From the IMG/VR virus record IMGVR_UViG_3300028393_001967: a DNA stretch of 64,000 nt. The stretch is one strand, 5' to 3'. Shown here piece after piece: positions 30,063 through 39,300 of the stretch (its first letter is position 1; every line of letters starts with the position of its first letter). The translations under genes and the position numbers were made by a program. Under the pieces are notes generated by a model. The model ran no database searches. It saw only the letters and a list, made by a program, of their open reading frames with translations, and had not been told where the DNA came from. Source of the DNA: a virus.

Positions 30063-30809
30063 ATGAAATATCTCGTACTAGTATTAGCCCTATTCACAAG
30101 TAATGTGTGGCCCAACAGTCACGGACTGTATCATTATTCCACAGAGGAATACATTGATAAGAAAGATACGGATACAGTACGTAGCATTGCCAGTATCACT
30201 AAATTGTTTACTGCTATGACAGTATTAAATTCTGGCCAAGATTTGGAAGAACGAGTAACAGTAGATTGCCGTAATCGTGGTCGTATCAGTAACGGTATGG
30301 AACTATCACGAAAAGACTTATTGACTGCTGCAATTGTTGTCAGCGATAATTGTGCCGCAGAAACACTAGCCAATGCTTATCCAGGTGGATATAGTAGATT
30401 TATATTTGATCGTAGTAAACTACTCAAAGATTTAGGACTACATAATACTCAATTATTTGACCCCACAGGTCTAAGTGTGTTTAACGTTAGTACAGTGGAT
30501 GATTTGATTAAGTTTGCTCCTGTAGCATATTCAAATGAATTCTTGCGTACTATTGCAAATTTACCCCAAGCCACAATTAAAGCAATACGTAAGGGTAAAG
30601 TCGTATCCATAACTGTAAGAAATACGAATCCAGCAATATTTTCCCATAATAACGTCGTGGTGAGCAAAACAGGGTTTACTAATTCTGCTGGTCGTTGCGT
30701 TTTGATGCTGGTAAAACGTGTCCAAGATGTATATGCCGTTGTTGTTTTGGGCGAGCCTAGTTTAAAATCTCGAACAAAACAAGTGGAAATTTTAATGGCT
30801 AAGAAATAA
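30063..30809 (+). CDS. D-Ala-D-Ala carboxy/endopeptidase (peptidase S11, PBP7-like)
   Basis: Signal-like N-terminus; SITK (SxxK), SDN, KTG. Confidence 0.9.
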   Translation: MKYLVLVLALFTSNVWPNSHGLYHYSTEEYIDKKDTDTVRSIASITKLFTAMTVLNSGQDLEERVTVDCRNRGRISNGMELSRKDLLTAAIVVSDNCAAETLANAYPGGYSRFIFDRSKLLKDLGLHNTQLFDPTGLSVFNVSTVDDLIKFAPVAYSNEFLRTIANLPQATIKAIRKGKVVSITVRNTNPAIFSHNNVVVSKTGFTNSAGRCVLMLVKRVQDVYAVVVLGEPSLKSRTKQVEILMAKK

Positions 30810-30819
30810 ATTTATTCAA

Positions 30820-30848
30820 TTGACATTAAAATACTATTTCTGTATAAT
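30820..30848 (+). promoter_or_regulatory. Consensus sigma70 promoter
   Basis: TTGACA-17-TATAAT. Confidence 0.85.
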
Positions 30849-30929
30849 AAATAAATGTGTAGAAGACCTAATGGCTTTTACATATGGGCAAAGTGCCCAG
30901 ATTGTCTTACTTTATTAAGGAGAAAAATT

Positions 30930-31364
30930 ATGACAAATCAATTAGTTCGTTTCGACACCAACTCTCTAAACAGAGCACTTCTAGGATTTGATTCCTTGTT
31001 TAACGATTTTGAACATCGTTTTGCAAATCAAATTAATCAAAACTATCCACCCTACAATATCTTAAAACACAATGAAGATTCTTACGAGATCGAAATTGCT
31101 GTGACTGGATTTGATAAGGATGAGATCACAGTTGAGATTGATCAAAATCAATTGGTTGTGAAGGGTGAACGTACACCAACTGATGACGGTGCAGAATACT
31201 TGCATCGTGGATTGGCTGCACGTAGTTTCACACGCAGTTGGACATTGGCTGAGCATATGGTAGTGGGCGAAGGCCGTATTAAAAACGGCGTCCTTACTAT
31301 TGGGTTGACTCGCGAAGTTCCGGAAGCATTGAAACCTCGTGTTCTTAAACTAAAGGCTGAATAA
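30930..31364 (+). CDS. Small heat-shock protein Hsp20 (IbpA-like)
   Basis: YPPYNI, EIAVTGF, YLHRGLAARSF, NGVL.I. Confidence 0.95.
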   Translation: MTNQLVRFDTNSLNRALLGFDSLFNDFEHRFANQINQNYPPYNILKHNEDSYEIEIAVTGFDKDEITVEIDQNQLVVKGERTPTDDGAEYLHRGLAARSFTRSWTLAEHMVVGEGRIKNGVLTIGLTREVPEALKPRVLKLKAE

Positions 31365-31404
31365 AAGGCCCGGGGGCTCAGTCCCCCGTTAACTTAACTT
31401 TATT

Positions 31405-31713
31405 ATGACTATTGAAACTCCAGTACTTGAAAAAAAGCAAACAACACTTCGCAAGGTTAAAGAACCTAAAAAGTATAAGGTAGTTGTTTTGAACGACGAC
31501 TTTACTCCTATGGAATTTGTTGTGGCTATGTTTGTTTCTATATTTAGAAAACAACATAATGAAGCCATTGACTTGACTGTACAAATTCATACTGATGGTA
31601 GTGCTGTTGCAGGTATTTTCCCTCACGAAATTGCTGAACAAAAAGTTGTCGATGCAGTTTCAATGGCTCGAGCCAATGGGCATCCCCTTGTACTTAGGGC
31701 TGAGCAGGAATGA
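31405..31713 (+). CDS. clpS: Clp protease adaptor ClpS
   Basis: YKVVVLNDDFTPMEFVV...IH..G.A..G...EIAEQK...HPL. Confidence 0.95.
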   Translation: MTIETPVLEKKQTTLRKVKEPKKYKVVVLNDDFTPMEFVVAMFVSIFRKQHNEAIDLTVQIHTDGSAVAGIFPHEIAEQKVVDAVSMARANGHPLVLRAEQE

Positions 31714-32246
31714 GTTTAAAAGAACTAACAAAAGATAAACACACTGCCGCAGAAGGCACCCCGTTTATGAAGGCAGTGTTTGCCAACAAGATGCCTATGG
31801 CAGTGTGGGTCGACTACACATATCAAAAAGCACTGTGGTATAAATCTATAGAAGAACGCTCAGAACAGTTGGGACTGTTAAAAGATCTTCAAGGCATCCA
31901 ACGTGCCAAATTGATTATGGAAGACTATCGTGCAATGAAAAAGCCATTTGCATCATATAACACTTATAAACAAATTACTAAAGACTACGCAAGTTATATT
32001 AACAGTCTGCAAGATCCTAAACAAGTTCTGGCACACCTATATACTTGGCATATGGGTGATATGTTTGGCGGGCAAATGATCAAGAAGATTATCAACGCTC
32101 CACACAGTCATTTAGAATTTGAAAATGCAATGGCACTGATTTCAACTATGCGTCCCTTGTTGACTGATGACCTAGCCGATGAAGCAAACGTGGCCTTTGA
32201 TTGGGCAATTAAAATACTAGGCGAATATGACGACAGTTTGGAATAA
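31710..32246 (+). CDS. Heme oxygenase
   Basis: LKELTKDKHTAAE (proximal His), HLY..HMGD.FGGQ.I, EANVAF. Confidence 0.9.
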   Translation: MSLKELTKDKHTAAEGTPFMKAVFANKMPMAVWVDYTYQKALWYKSIEERSEQLGLLKDLQGIQRAKLIMEDYRAMKKPFASYNTYKQITKDYASYINSLQDPKQVLAHLYTWHMGDMFGGQMIKKIINAPHSHLEFENAMALISTMRPLLTDDLADEANVAFDWAIKILGEYDDSLE

Positions 32247-32892
32247 AATTTCAGCACTGGCAAAAGATATCGAATCCAAGTTTCAAGCTACAGGCGAGTC
32301 ATTACCTGTTGATCACGACTACGGTTGGTATAACGCATTGTACTCTAGTCCTAAATATCGTAGGGCTCACGTGGAAATTGTAGACTTCCGCGACACCCAT
32401 AACATTTACATTTTGCACAGTACCATTTTTCCGCATTTCAATGATCCCAGTCCCATTTGGGGATTTGATGCAGTATGCGGCCCAAACAAGATAACAGGCG
32501 CATTCCACGATTATAGCATTACTGGAGATCCTACTAATTTTATGTATCTATGGTTTAAAGCACAGGTAAACGGTCTTGAATGGAACAAACCTAGACAACT
32601 TCCCGAATGGGCACAACAAATCTTTAGTCCCGCAATAGTTGCCGCAGGAAATCTGCAGGATGAGGCAGAGATTGACCAACTTTGTAATACAGCACTAACT
32701 ACCTTAGATTTTTATCTTAAGAATGTAGGATTGGAGCAGCAAGATGTAGCTGATTATCATATGGCACAGAATCGATATTGCCATTATCAAAAACAAAATC
32801 CACACGTAATTAAAAGTATGATTTCAATGGGAGTCCCTGAGAAAACAATGACCAATTTTGTTCACAAAGTATTGTTTCCAGAGATTGACTAA
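32227..32892 (+). CDS. Ferredoxin-dependent bilin reductase (PcyA/PcyX-like)
   Basis: RRAHVE, LHSTIFP, PIWGFD, R.LPEWA..IFS, QNRYC..QKQNP; adjacent to heme oxygenase. Confidence 0.85.
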   Translation: MTTVWNKISALAKDIESKFQATGESLPVDHDYGWYNALYSSPKYRRAHVEIVDFRDTHNIYILHSTIFPHFNDPSPIWGFDAVCGPNKITGAFHDYSITGDPTNFMYLWFKAQVNGLEWNKPRQLPEWAQQIFSPAIVAAGNLQDEAEIDQLCNTALTTLDFYLKNVGLEQQDVADYHMAQNRYCHYQKQNPHVIKSMISMGVPEKTMTNFVHKVLFPEID

Positions 32893-32902
32893 ATATTAAA
32901 TT

Positions 32903-34540
32903 ATGCGTATAATTGAATTATTAACAGAAACTGAAGACCCTTTGGATAATACCCAACAACATATACCGCCAGCGCCAGATCAACAAATTGGTGCAGATCC
33001 AGAAACTCAATCAAAAGTTAATAATTCAGTCAAACCTGTGAATAAAAAATTGAAGACGGATGACGGCCCATATAACTTTGATGGCAAAGAATACGCAAAT
33101 ATAATGGCAAGTAAGAAAATTGCCATTGATATTCAAAATGCACTCAAAAAAGATTTTCCAAATATTGTGGTTGGGGTAGATAGTGCCAAAGATGGTAAAC
33201 TAGTTCCATCTATTCGTATTAAAAATGTTTTACCAAAAGATGCAGGTAAAAAAATATTAGCATCTATGTATGCCCTACATCCAGCTGATCCAGTGTCATC
33301 AACGGTTACTGGAACATATCAAACTGATACGTATTCATTCACAGTTGATAATCAAATTTTTACAATCATACTTGCTGGTAAAGGTAGTAAAAGTGGCGGT
33401 GCACAAGTTGGTATCCAACAACTACGTCCTAATAAGTTGGGACTAGTGGGAGACAACACTAAGGCTCAAGTAGTTGAGTTGGTCAAAAAATCATTGGTAA
33501 AAGTAGTAGGCAAGGATCCAAAACTTTTAGAAGCATTGCGTCAATTAGTGGATGTTGCTGCTGGAACACGCGATGTTATTGATCCAGACCTTAACGATCA
33601 TATCAAAGACAGTATCAATCTAATCAGTCAAGATTTTGGTGAAGTATTAACACCAATCAAAATGTCAGTTAATGACAGCGATATCATTAATTTTCCAGAA
33701 CAATCAAATCAACCTTTGATTGACGCAAAAGTTAATGGTAAAATGATTGCTGTTAAAAGTCTTGGCGGCAGTGGCAATAGTTTTTCTGTTATTCAAGAGT
33801 TGATTGACGAATACGAAAAAGAAATGAACAAAGATCCCAAGCAAGTTGCTGGTGAACGAGCACGTATGCTTAAATTAGTGAAAGAATTTAACAAATCTAA
33901 AGGCGATGTCAAGGATAATTTAATTCGCGTAGCACAACTAGCTCCAACTAAGGAAGCATTGGCACTAAACAATTTGGTAGGATTTAAACCTAACAATTAC
34001 GAAGAAATGTTAAAAGCAGCGGACATTATTATGAAATCTATATCTGCTGAGGCAACAAGTAGCGAAGATTTGTACAAAAAATATTTGGAAGCAGTATTAC
34101 CAATTAGTACATCTGGTGCAAGAATGACTGGCGGGAAATCCCCCAAAGTACAAGCCATTGGTATGCCAAGTGATTGGAAACACTACACTGGATTAAAAGA
34201 TATTAAAGATTTAAAAGTCAAGGCTAGTGGAAAGAAATATTTTGATTCCAACTTTGTTAAAGCAGCAGCTGATCAATTAACTTATTTGCTAGGCTGGAGT
34301 TTTAGAATGGATGCAGCCGAAGGTGGGAAAGATTCAGAAGAAATGAGTAAATTAATTACTGATATCATGACCAAGAAAGAAGCTGTTGCTGCAAAAATTT
34401 CAATAACTCCAGAAGGTGGTATTGTGGTCAGAGTTACACCATTCAGTGATTTGAAATTTGGCTATCAATATCATGCAGGAACAAGTCGTCCTTCTCAAAA
34501 TGCTCCTGGTTTTTCAATTCATTTTGTAGATACCAATTGA
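32903..34540 (+). CDS. Large late protein with capsid-targeting-like N-terminus; putative PD-(D/E)XK-type endonuclease
   Basis: MRIIELLTE start after TAAATA; DFGE...FPEQSNQPLID...IAVKS candidate catalytic core. Confidence 0.45.
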   Translation: MRIIELLTETEDPLDNTQQHIPPAPDQQIGADPETQSKVNNSVKPVNKKLKTDDGPYNFDGKEYANIMASKKIAIDIQNALKKDFPNIVVGVDSAKDGKLVPSIRIKNVLPKDAGKKILASMYALHPADPVSSTVTGTYQTDTYSFTVDNQIFTIILAGKGSKSGGAQVGIQQLRPNKLGLVGDNTKAQVVELVKKSLVKVVGKDPKLLEALRQLVDVAAGTRDVIDPDLNDHIKDSINLISQDFGEVLTPIKMSVNDSDIINFPEQSNQPLIDAKVNGKMIAVKSLGGSGNSFSVIQELIDEYEKEMNKDPKQVAGERARMLKLVKEFNKSKGDVKDNLIRVAQLAPTKEALALNNLVGFKPNNYEEMLKAADIIMKSISAEATSSEDLYKKYLEAVLPISTSGARMTGGKSPKVQAIGMPSDWKHYTGLKDIKDLKVKASGKKYFDSNFVKAAADQLTYLLGWSFRMDAAEGGKDSEEMSKLITDIMTKKEAVAAKISITPEGGIVVRVTPFSDLKFGYQYHAGTSRPSQNAPGFSIHFVDTN

Positions 34541-34565
34541 CACATATTTGATTTTGTGTTATAAT
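34537..34565 (+). promoter_or_regulatory. Sigma70 promoter for the methyltransferase
   Basis: TTGACA-17-TATAAT; ATG 5 nt downstream. Confidence 0.8.
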
Positions 34566-34570
34566 AAGGT

Positions 34571-35536
34571 ATGAACACACTATACCAAGGCAATTTTTTA
34601 GACTTTGATGCTAATATCAAAGATAACTCAATTGATCTACTACTAACAGATCCTCCTTACAATATCAGCGAGAACGGTGCAAAGCCAGTTTGGATTGATA
34701 AGGCTACGGGCAAGAATAAAAGCACTATCCATAATCAACAATTTTCAGAAAAGTTTGATGAAAATTGGGATAGTGTAAGCCACGATGAATTCTTAATTCA
34801 AATTGAAACTTGGGCAAAGTTTTGGTTTAAAAAACTACGCAAGGGTGGCACATTTGCTATCTTTATCAGCGACCAATACATTTCATATCTTTGGAAGATT
34901 ATGGAAGCGGAGGGATTTGAACCCAAACGAATTTGGACTTGGAAAAAACCTGCCGCTGTTCCCTTTAATCGAAAAGTAAATCCAGTGAGTGCGTGTGAGT
35001 ATGTACTATTTGGTATTAAACCAGGTGGCAAACGTACATTCAACTCTGATGCAGAACGGGGCAGTTTGGTTGAACGCTATGCGGCTGCGGACAAAGTCAG
35101 CAGTATTGTGTACAAGTTATTCAAAAACAGTTTACCTAGCGACGATATTAATGAAATTTTTGCACAGGCTGCAAAACAAGCAGAAACGATGCTTAAAGCA
35201 CGTAAAACTACAAATAATGTAGTAGAGTGTGTGATTCCTAATACACTTACATATAGTGGCGGGTTAGGCAAAAATAAGATACATCCTACTGAAAAACCAG
35301 TGGAAATCCTGGAATATTTCATTGAATTGTTGTCTAATAAGGGTGATCTAGTGTTAGATACGTTTGGTGGTAGTGGTAGCACTAGTATTGCCGCAACCAA
35401 TATGGAACGTGATTCAATCGTTTTTGAACAAGATGAGGTAATGTTTGAAAAAATGAAGGCCAGGATTGAAGCACACGAAGGCAATCCATCCGTAGCATTA
35501 TTTGGGAATTCTGATGCCCAAAACCCTGCTATTTAG
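34571..35536 (+). CDS. Amino (N6-A/N4-C) DNA methyltransferase, beta class
   Basis: DPPY near N-terminus, HPTEKP, DTFGGSGS near C-terminus. Confidence 0.92.
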   Translation: MNTLYQGNFLDFDANIKDNSIDLLLTDPPYNISENGAKPVWIDKATGKNKSTIHNQQFSEKFDENWDSVSHDEFLIQIETWAKFWFKKLRKGGTFAIFISDQYISYLWKIMEAEGFEPKRIWTWKKPAAVPFNRKVNPVSACEYVLFGIKPGGKRTFNSDAERGSLVERYAAADKVSSIVYKLFKNSLPSDDINEIFAQAAKQAETMLKARKTTNNVVECVIPNTLTYSGGLGKNKIHPTEKPVEILEYFIELLSNKGDLVLDTFGGSGSTSIAATNMERDSIVFEQDEVMFEKMKARIEAHEGNPSVALFGNSDAQNPAI

Positions 35537-35561
35537 GATTAAGTAGATACTAAATAGTAAT

Positions 35562-35930
35562 ATGGATATATTACTATTAATGTTCCTTTTGATTGTCAAG
35601 CATTCGTATGCTGACTTTACTATCCAAACTTATCAGCAAACGGTACGTAAGGGGATTTACCGCGATCCCATTGGTATTAGCCATAGTATGGATCACGTAT
35701 GGACGACACTAATAGCATTACTGATTTTTAGTTTTATCCACCCGCTGAATCCATATACGGCATTGGCAATTGCTGCTGTTGAAGGCATTGTTCACTATCA
35801 TATTGATTGGGTTAAAGTTAGATTTGGAAGTAAAGACCAAACTAAACCTATATTTTGGACACAGTTTGGGTTGGATCAATTAGCCCATTATCTTTGCTAC
35901 TTGGTAATGACTTGGTATATATTAGTATAA
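35562..35930 (+). CDS. DUF3307-like membrane protein
   Basis: KH..ADF..Q, H...H, HYHIDW.K, GLDQLAH. Confidence 0.75.
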   Translation: MDILLLMFLLIVKHSYADFTIQTYQQTVRKGIYRDPIGISHSMDHVWTTLIALLIFSFIHPLNPYTALAIAAVEGIVHYHIDWVKVRFGSKDQTKPIFWTQFGLDQLAHYLCYLVMTWYILV

Positions 35931-35988
35931 CTACATAGTTAATCTAAAATTTTATTCTATTAAATATGAGTATAGAATAGGAATTACG

Positions 35989-36477
35989 ATGAAACTACGT
36001 ATATTAATAGCAGGTTTGACAGTGGCGTTAGTCACGTCATTATCACACGCCGAATTAATTCAACAATTTAAAGACCCAACGTTCAGTGGTAACGGATGGG
36101 CTAGCCAAGTTCTCACAGTAGAACAGATGCGTAATAGTGCACAGAATTCGCTGGATTCTAAAGCAGCATCAGATGCCTCGGCCGCAGCAGCCGCAGCCTC
36201 AAATACACCATTAGCCAAATTTATGGCCCTGTTTACTGGGCAAGTATACAGCCAGTTGGCAACTCAACTGACAAATAACTTGTTCAAAGAATGTACAACA
36301 GGTGCGTGTGCTAACGGTAGTTTTATGGTAACTGATAGTCAACAAATACAATGGACAAAATTAAACGGCCAAGTTACATTGAATGTATACGATGGTAAAA
36401 CGGTTAACGGTTCATTTGTTGCAAACGCAAGTCCTACACAGTCAATTTCTGTGCCAATTTCAAGTTTTAGTTTTTAA
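35989..36477 (+). CDS. csgF: Curli assembly protein CsgF-like
   Basis: Signal peptide followed by ELIQQFKDPTFSGNG (CsgF-like N-terminal peptide); directly before csgG. Confidence 0.7.
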   Translation: MKLRILIAGLTVALVTSLSHAELIQQFKDPTFSGNGWASQVLTVEQMRNSAQNSLDSKAASDASAAAAAASNTPLAKFMALFTGQVYSQLATQLTNNLFKECTTGACANGSFMVTDSQQIQWTKLNGQVTLNVYDGKTVNGSFVANASPTQSISVPISSFSF

Positions 36478-36487
36478 GGAGCAATAG

Positions 36488-37318
36488 ATGAAAACATTTA
36501 AATTAGCTACTATTGCATTAGTATTAGCATCATTATTTGGTTGTTCTACAGTTCGTCCGTTAGGAGAAATTGGTATTAAAGATCAGCCTAAAGAAAGCGC
36601 AAGTATTGTTAAACAGATTGATACATTACCAGCACCATCAGGTCCTAAAGTTGCGGTGGCAGTTTACAGTTTTAAAGATCTAACTGGTCAGCGTAAACCA
36701 AGTGCAACATTGAGTTTGTTTAGCACAGCAGTTACACAAGGCGCAGAAGCCTATTTGATTAAGAGTTTACAGGAAGCAGGCAACCGTCAATGGTTCACTG
36801 TTGTAGAACGTGCCAACTTAGACAATCTTTTAAAAGAGCGTCAAATGATTAAACAAACTCGTGAAATTTACGATGGCGCCAATGCTAAAATTCTCCCACC
36901 GCTTACACTAGCTGGCGTTATTTTAGAAGGCGGTATTGTTGACTATAACAGCAACGTATTAACAGGTGGGACTGGATTTGCTGTTTTGGGAATTGGGCCA
37001 TATACCCAATATACACAAGATCAAGTAGTAATTAGTATGAGATTAGTCAGTGTGCAAACTGGCGAAATTTTAACATCAGTTACTATTGAAAAGAACTTAT
37101 TAAGTACGCAAGATGGTGCGACTGCAATGAAGTTCTATGACCAAGGAACGAAATCGTTTGAATTTGATTCTAGTCAAACATTCAACGAGCCTGGAAACTA
37201 TGCCTTACGATCTGCAATTGAACAAGGAATTGTTGAATTAGTAAAGAAAGGCGAGCAGTTGGGATTGTGGGGCTACAAGACCGCAAATCCTAAAAATGAG
37301 GAAACACTAACCAAATAA
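36488..37318 (+). CDS. csgG: Curli secretion lipoprotein CsgG
   Basis: Lipobox LFGC; AVYSFKDLTGQRKP, STAVTQGA, WF.VVER..LDNLLKERQ.I. Confidence 0.92.
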   Translation: MKTFKLATIALVLASLFGCSTVRPLGEIGIKDQPKESASIVKQIDTLPAPSGPKVAVAVYSFKDLTGQRKPSATLSLFSTAVTQGAEAYLIKSLQEAGNRQWFTVVERANLDNLLKERQMIKQTREIYDGANAKILPPLTLAGVILEGGIVDYNSNVLTGGTGFAVLGIGPYTQYTQDQVVISMRLVSVQTGEILTSVTIEKNLLSTQDGATAMKFYDQGTKSFEFDSSQTFNEPGNYALRSAIEQGIVELVKKGEQLGLWGYKTANPKNEETLTK

Positions 37319-37338
37319 ACACCCTCGGAGCAAACACT

Positions 37339-38151
37339 ATGATTAAAAAATTATTAACAACACTAATCGCAGGTATTTTCGTTAGTTCTGTTTACGCACA
37401 AACTGCGCCAACAGCACCAACACAATCATCTGCACCCACTATTACAACTGAAGCAACTACAAGGTTCGCAGCAGGTGTAACTGCATCTTTAAATGCAAGT
37501 ACAACGAACATTATCTATCTACAGCAAACTGGTATTGCACCTACTATCAGTATTAACCAAGATGGTAACAGCAACCGCGCTGGCACTGATGCCAGCGGAA
37601 CAATTAACAGTATGATATTAAACGGTAATAACCAAGTTGTTACTATTGATCAAACTGGTAACAACAACGTTATCAATACTATGAAGATTACAGGTAACGA
37701 TGCAAATGTTTATTTAGAACAGTTAGGTAACAACAATTCATCAAACGTAAGCTGTGGTTTGGTAATAAGCTGCGCTGGACAGGCAACTTTAAATCAAAAT
37801 GCATTATTAGATTTAAGATTTACTGGCAATAGCAATACTGCAAATTACACAGGTAATGGCACTGCATTACAGGCCGCTGTATATGTTAAAGGCAATGGAA
37901 ATACACTTAATTTAGAGCAATCAAGTTCTACAGGTCAAGGACAACAAATGTTGATCAACTTGACTAATAGCGACAACAATACTGTAAATGTTCTACAATC
38001 TAGCGCAAGTATCAGCAGTTTGGCATTGGCACAAAATGGTACTGGCGGAACAACTTTCAATGTTAGTCAAACTGGAACATATTCTAATGTCTCTAATATC
38101 ACTGCTACATCAGCAGGTGGTAGTTTCAACGTTATTCAACGTAGTCGTTAA
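37339..38151 (+). CDS. Secreted curlin-repeat protein (CsgA/CsgB-like)
   Basis: Signal peptide; repeated I.Q.G..N motifs (INQDGNSN, IDQTGNNN, LEQLGNNN, VSQTGTYSN). Confidence 0.7.
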   Translation: MIKKLLTTLIAGIFVSSVYAQTAPTAPTQSSAPTITTEATTRFAAGVTASLNASTTNIIYLQQTGIAPTISINQDGNSNRAGTDASGTINSMILNGNNQVVTIDQTGNNNVINTMKITGNDANVYLEQLGNNNSSNVSCGLVISCAGQATLNQNALLDLRFTGNSNTANYTGNGTALQAAVYVKGNGNTLNLEQSSSTGQGQQMLINLTNSDNNTVNVLQSSASISSLALAQNGTGGTTFNVSQTGTYSNVSNITATSAGGSFNVIQRSR

Positions 38152-38163
38152 TAAGGGGAAGGC

Positions 38164-39300
38164 GTGAAACGATGGGCCATATTGTTATGGTTGTTCACTA
38201 CGGCGGCGGTTGCTGATATTGGATCAATTGTTGATCTAACAGGCACCGCTGTAATTAAGCGCGGTAAAGAGGCCATCACAGTTATAAAAGGCACGCCTGT
38301 TGAAATCAACGATCGAGTAGAAACAAAAAATGGTGTTGTCAATATCAAATTTAAAGACGACACCACTGTTAAAGTTACAGAAAATTCCAGCCTCGTAATA
38401 GACGACTTTGTTTACGATCCCAAAAATACCGCTGGTGGCAAACTTGGTCTCAAGGCCGCCGCTGGTACTGTACGCTATGTATCAGGCAACATTGCACATA
38501 ATAATCCCAATAGTGTAAAAATTAATACACCAACTGCTGCTATTGCCGTTCGTGGTACAGACTTCGTTATGGCTGTAGATGAAACTGGTAAAAGTATGAT
38601 TATGCTTATGCCCACTTGTGAAACAGATCAGAGCGTTAACTTAAAAGGCTTAACTTGCGGTAGTGGTAAAATTGATGTAGATAGCGGATCTACAATTATT
38701 CGATTAGATAAACCATATCAAGCCACAGTTGTAGAAACTGCCAGTACTCCACCAAGTCCTCCTGTTATTGTTAATTTGAGTAATACACCAATAGGTAATA
38801 ATTTAATTATTCGTCCTCCGTCAACAATGTCTGGACAAAGCATTCAACAGGCAGCACGAGCGGCCGCACAAAAAACTGGTGATGTTAAGAAAGAAGATGA
38901 TAAGAAAGACACTAAGGAACCCAGTGTGGCCGAATCAAAAGCAACGGACGATCAACGTAAAGATAATCAAGAAAAAACCGCTGCTGCTCAGGCTGCAGAA
39001 GATCGAGCATTGGCCGTACTGACTGAACTAAAAGATAAAAATGTTAAAGTTACTGATAAAGCCTATGAAAACGAACACGTTGTTGGTATATATAAAAACG
39101 ATAATCCTAACTTAAACCAATTAGGATGGGGTTATATGAGTATGAGTCCAAACGGTAATAACTTTACAGCCATAAGTTTAACTAACGATAATAGAGTATT
39201 AGTGGTAGTAACACAAGATCGACAAACAGATGCTTACAACTTTGCAGGCAGTAATAATAAACCGCAGGGTAGCATCATAATTAATCAGAGTTATAAATGA
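38164..39300 (+). CDS. Secreted FecR-domain protein
   Basis: Signal peptide; I.F.D.T...+.ENS.L.ID.F.Y, I.TPTA.IAVRGTDF. Confidence 0.85.
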   Translation: MKRWAILLWLFTTAAVADIGSIVDLTGTAVIKRGKEAITVIKGTPVEINDRVETKNGVVNIKFKDDTTVKVTENSSLVIDDFVYDPKNTAGGKLGLKAAAGTVRYVSGNIAHNNPNSVKINTPTAAIAVRGTDFVMAVDETGKSMIMLMPTCETDQSVNLKGLTCGSGKIDVDSGSTIIRLDKPYQATVVETASTPPSPPVIVNLSNTPIGNNLIIRPPSTMSGQSIQQAARAAAQKTGDVKKEDDKKDTKEPSVAESKATDDQRKDNQEKTAAAQAAEDRALAVLTELKDKNVKVTDKAYENEHVVGIYKNDNPNLNQLGWGYMSMSPNGNNFTAISLTNDNRVLVVVTQDRQTDAYNFAGSNNKPQGSIIINQSYK

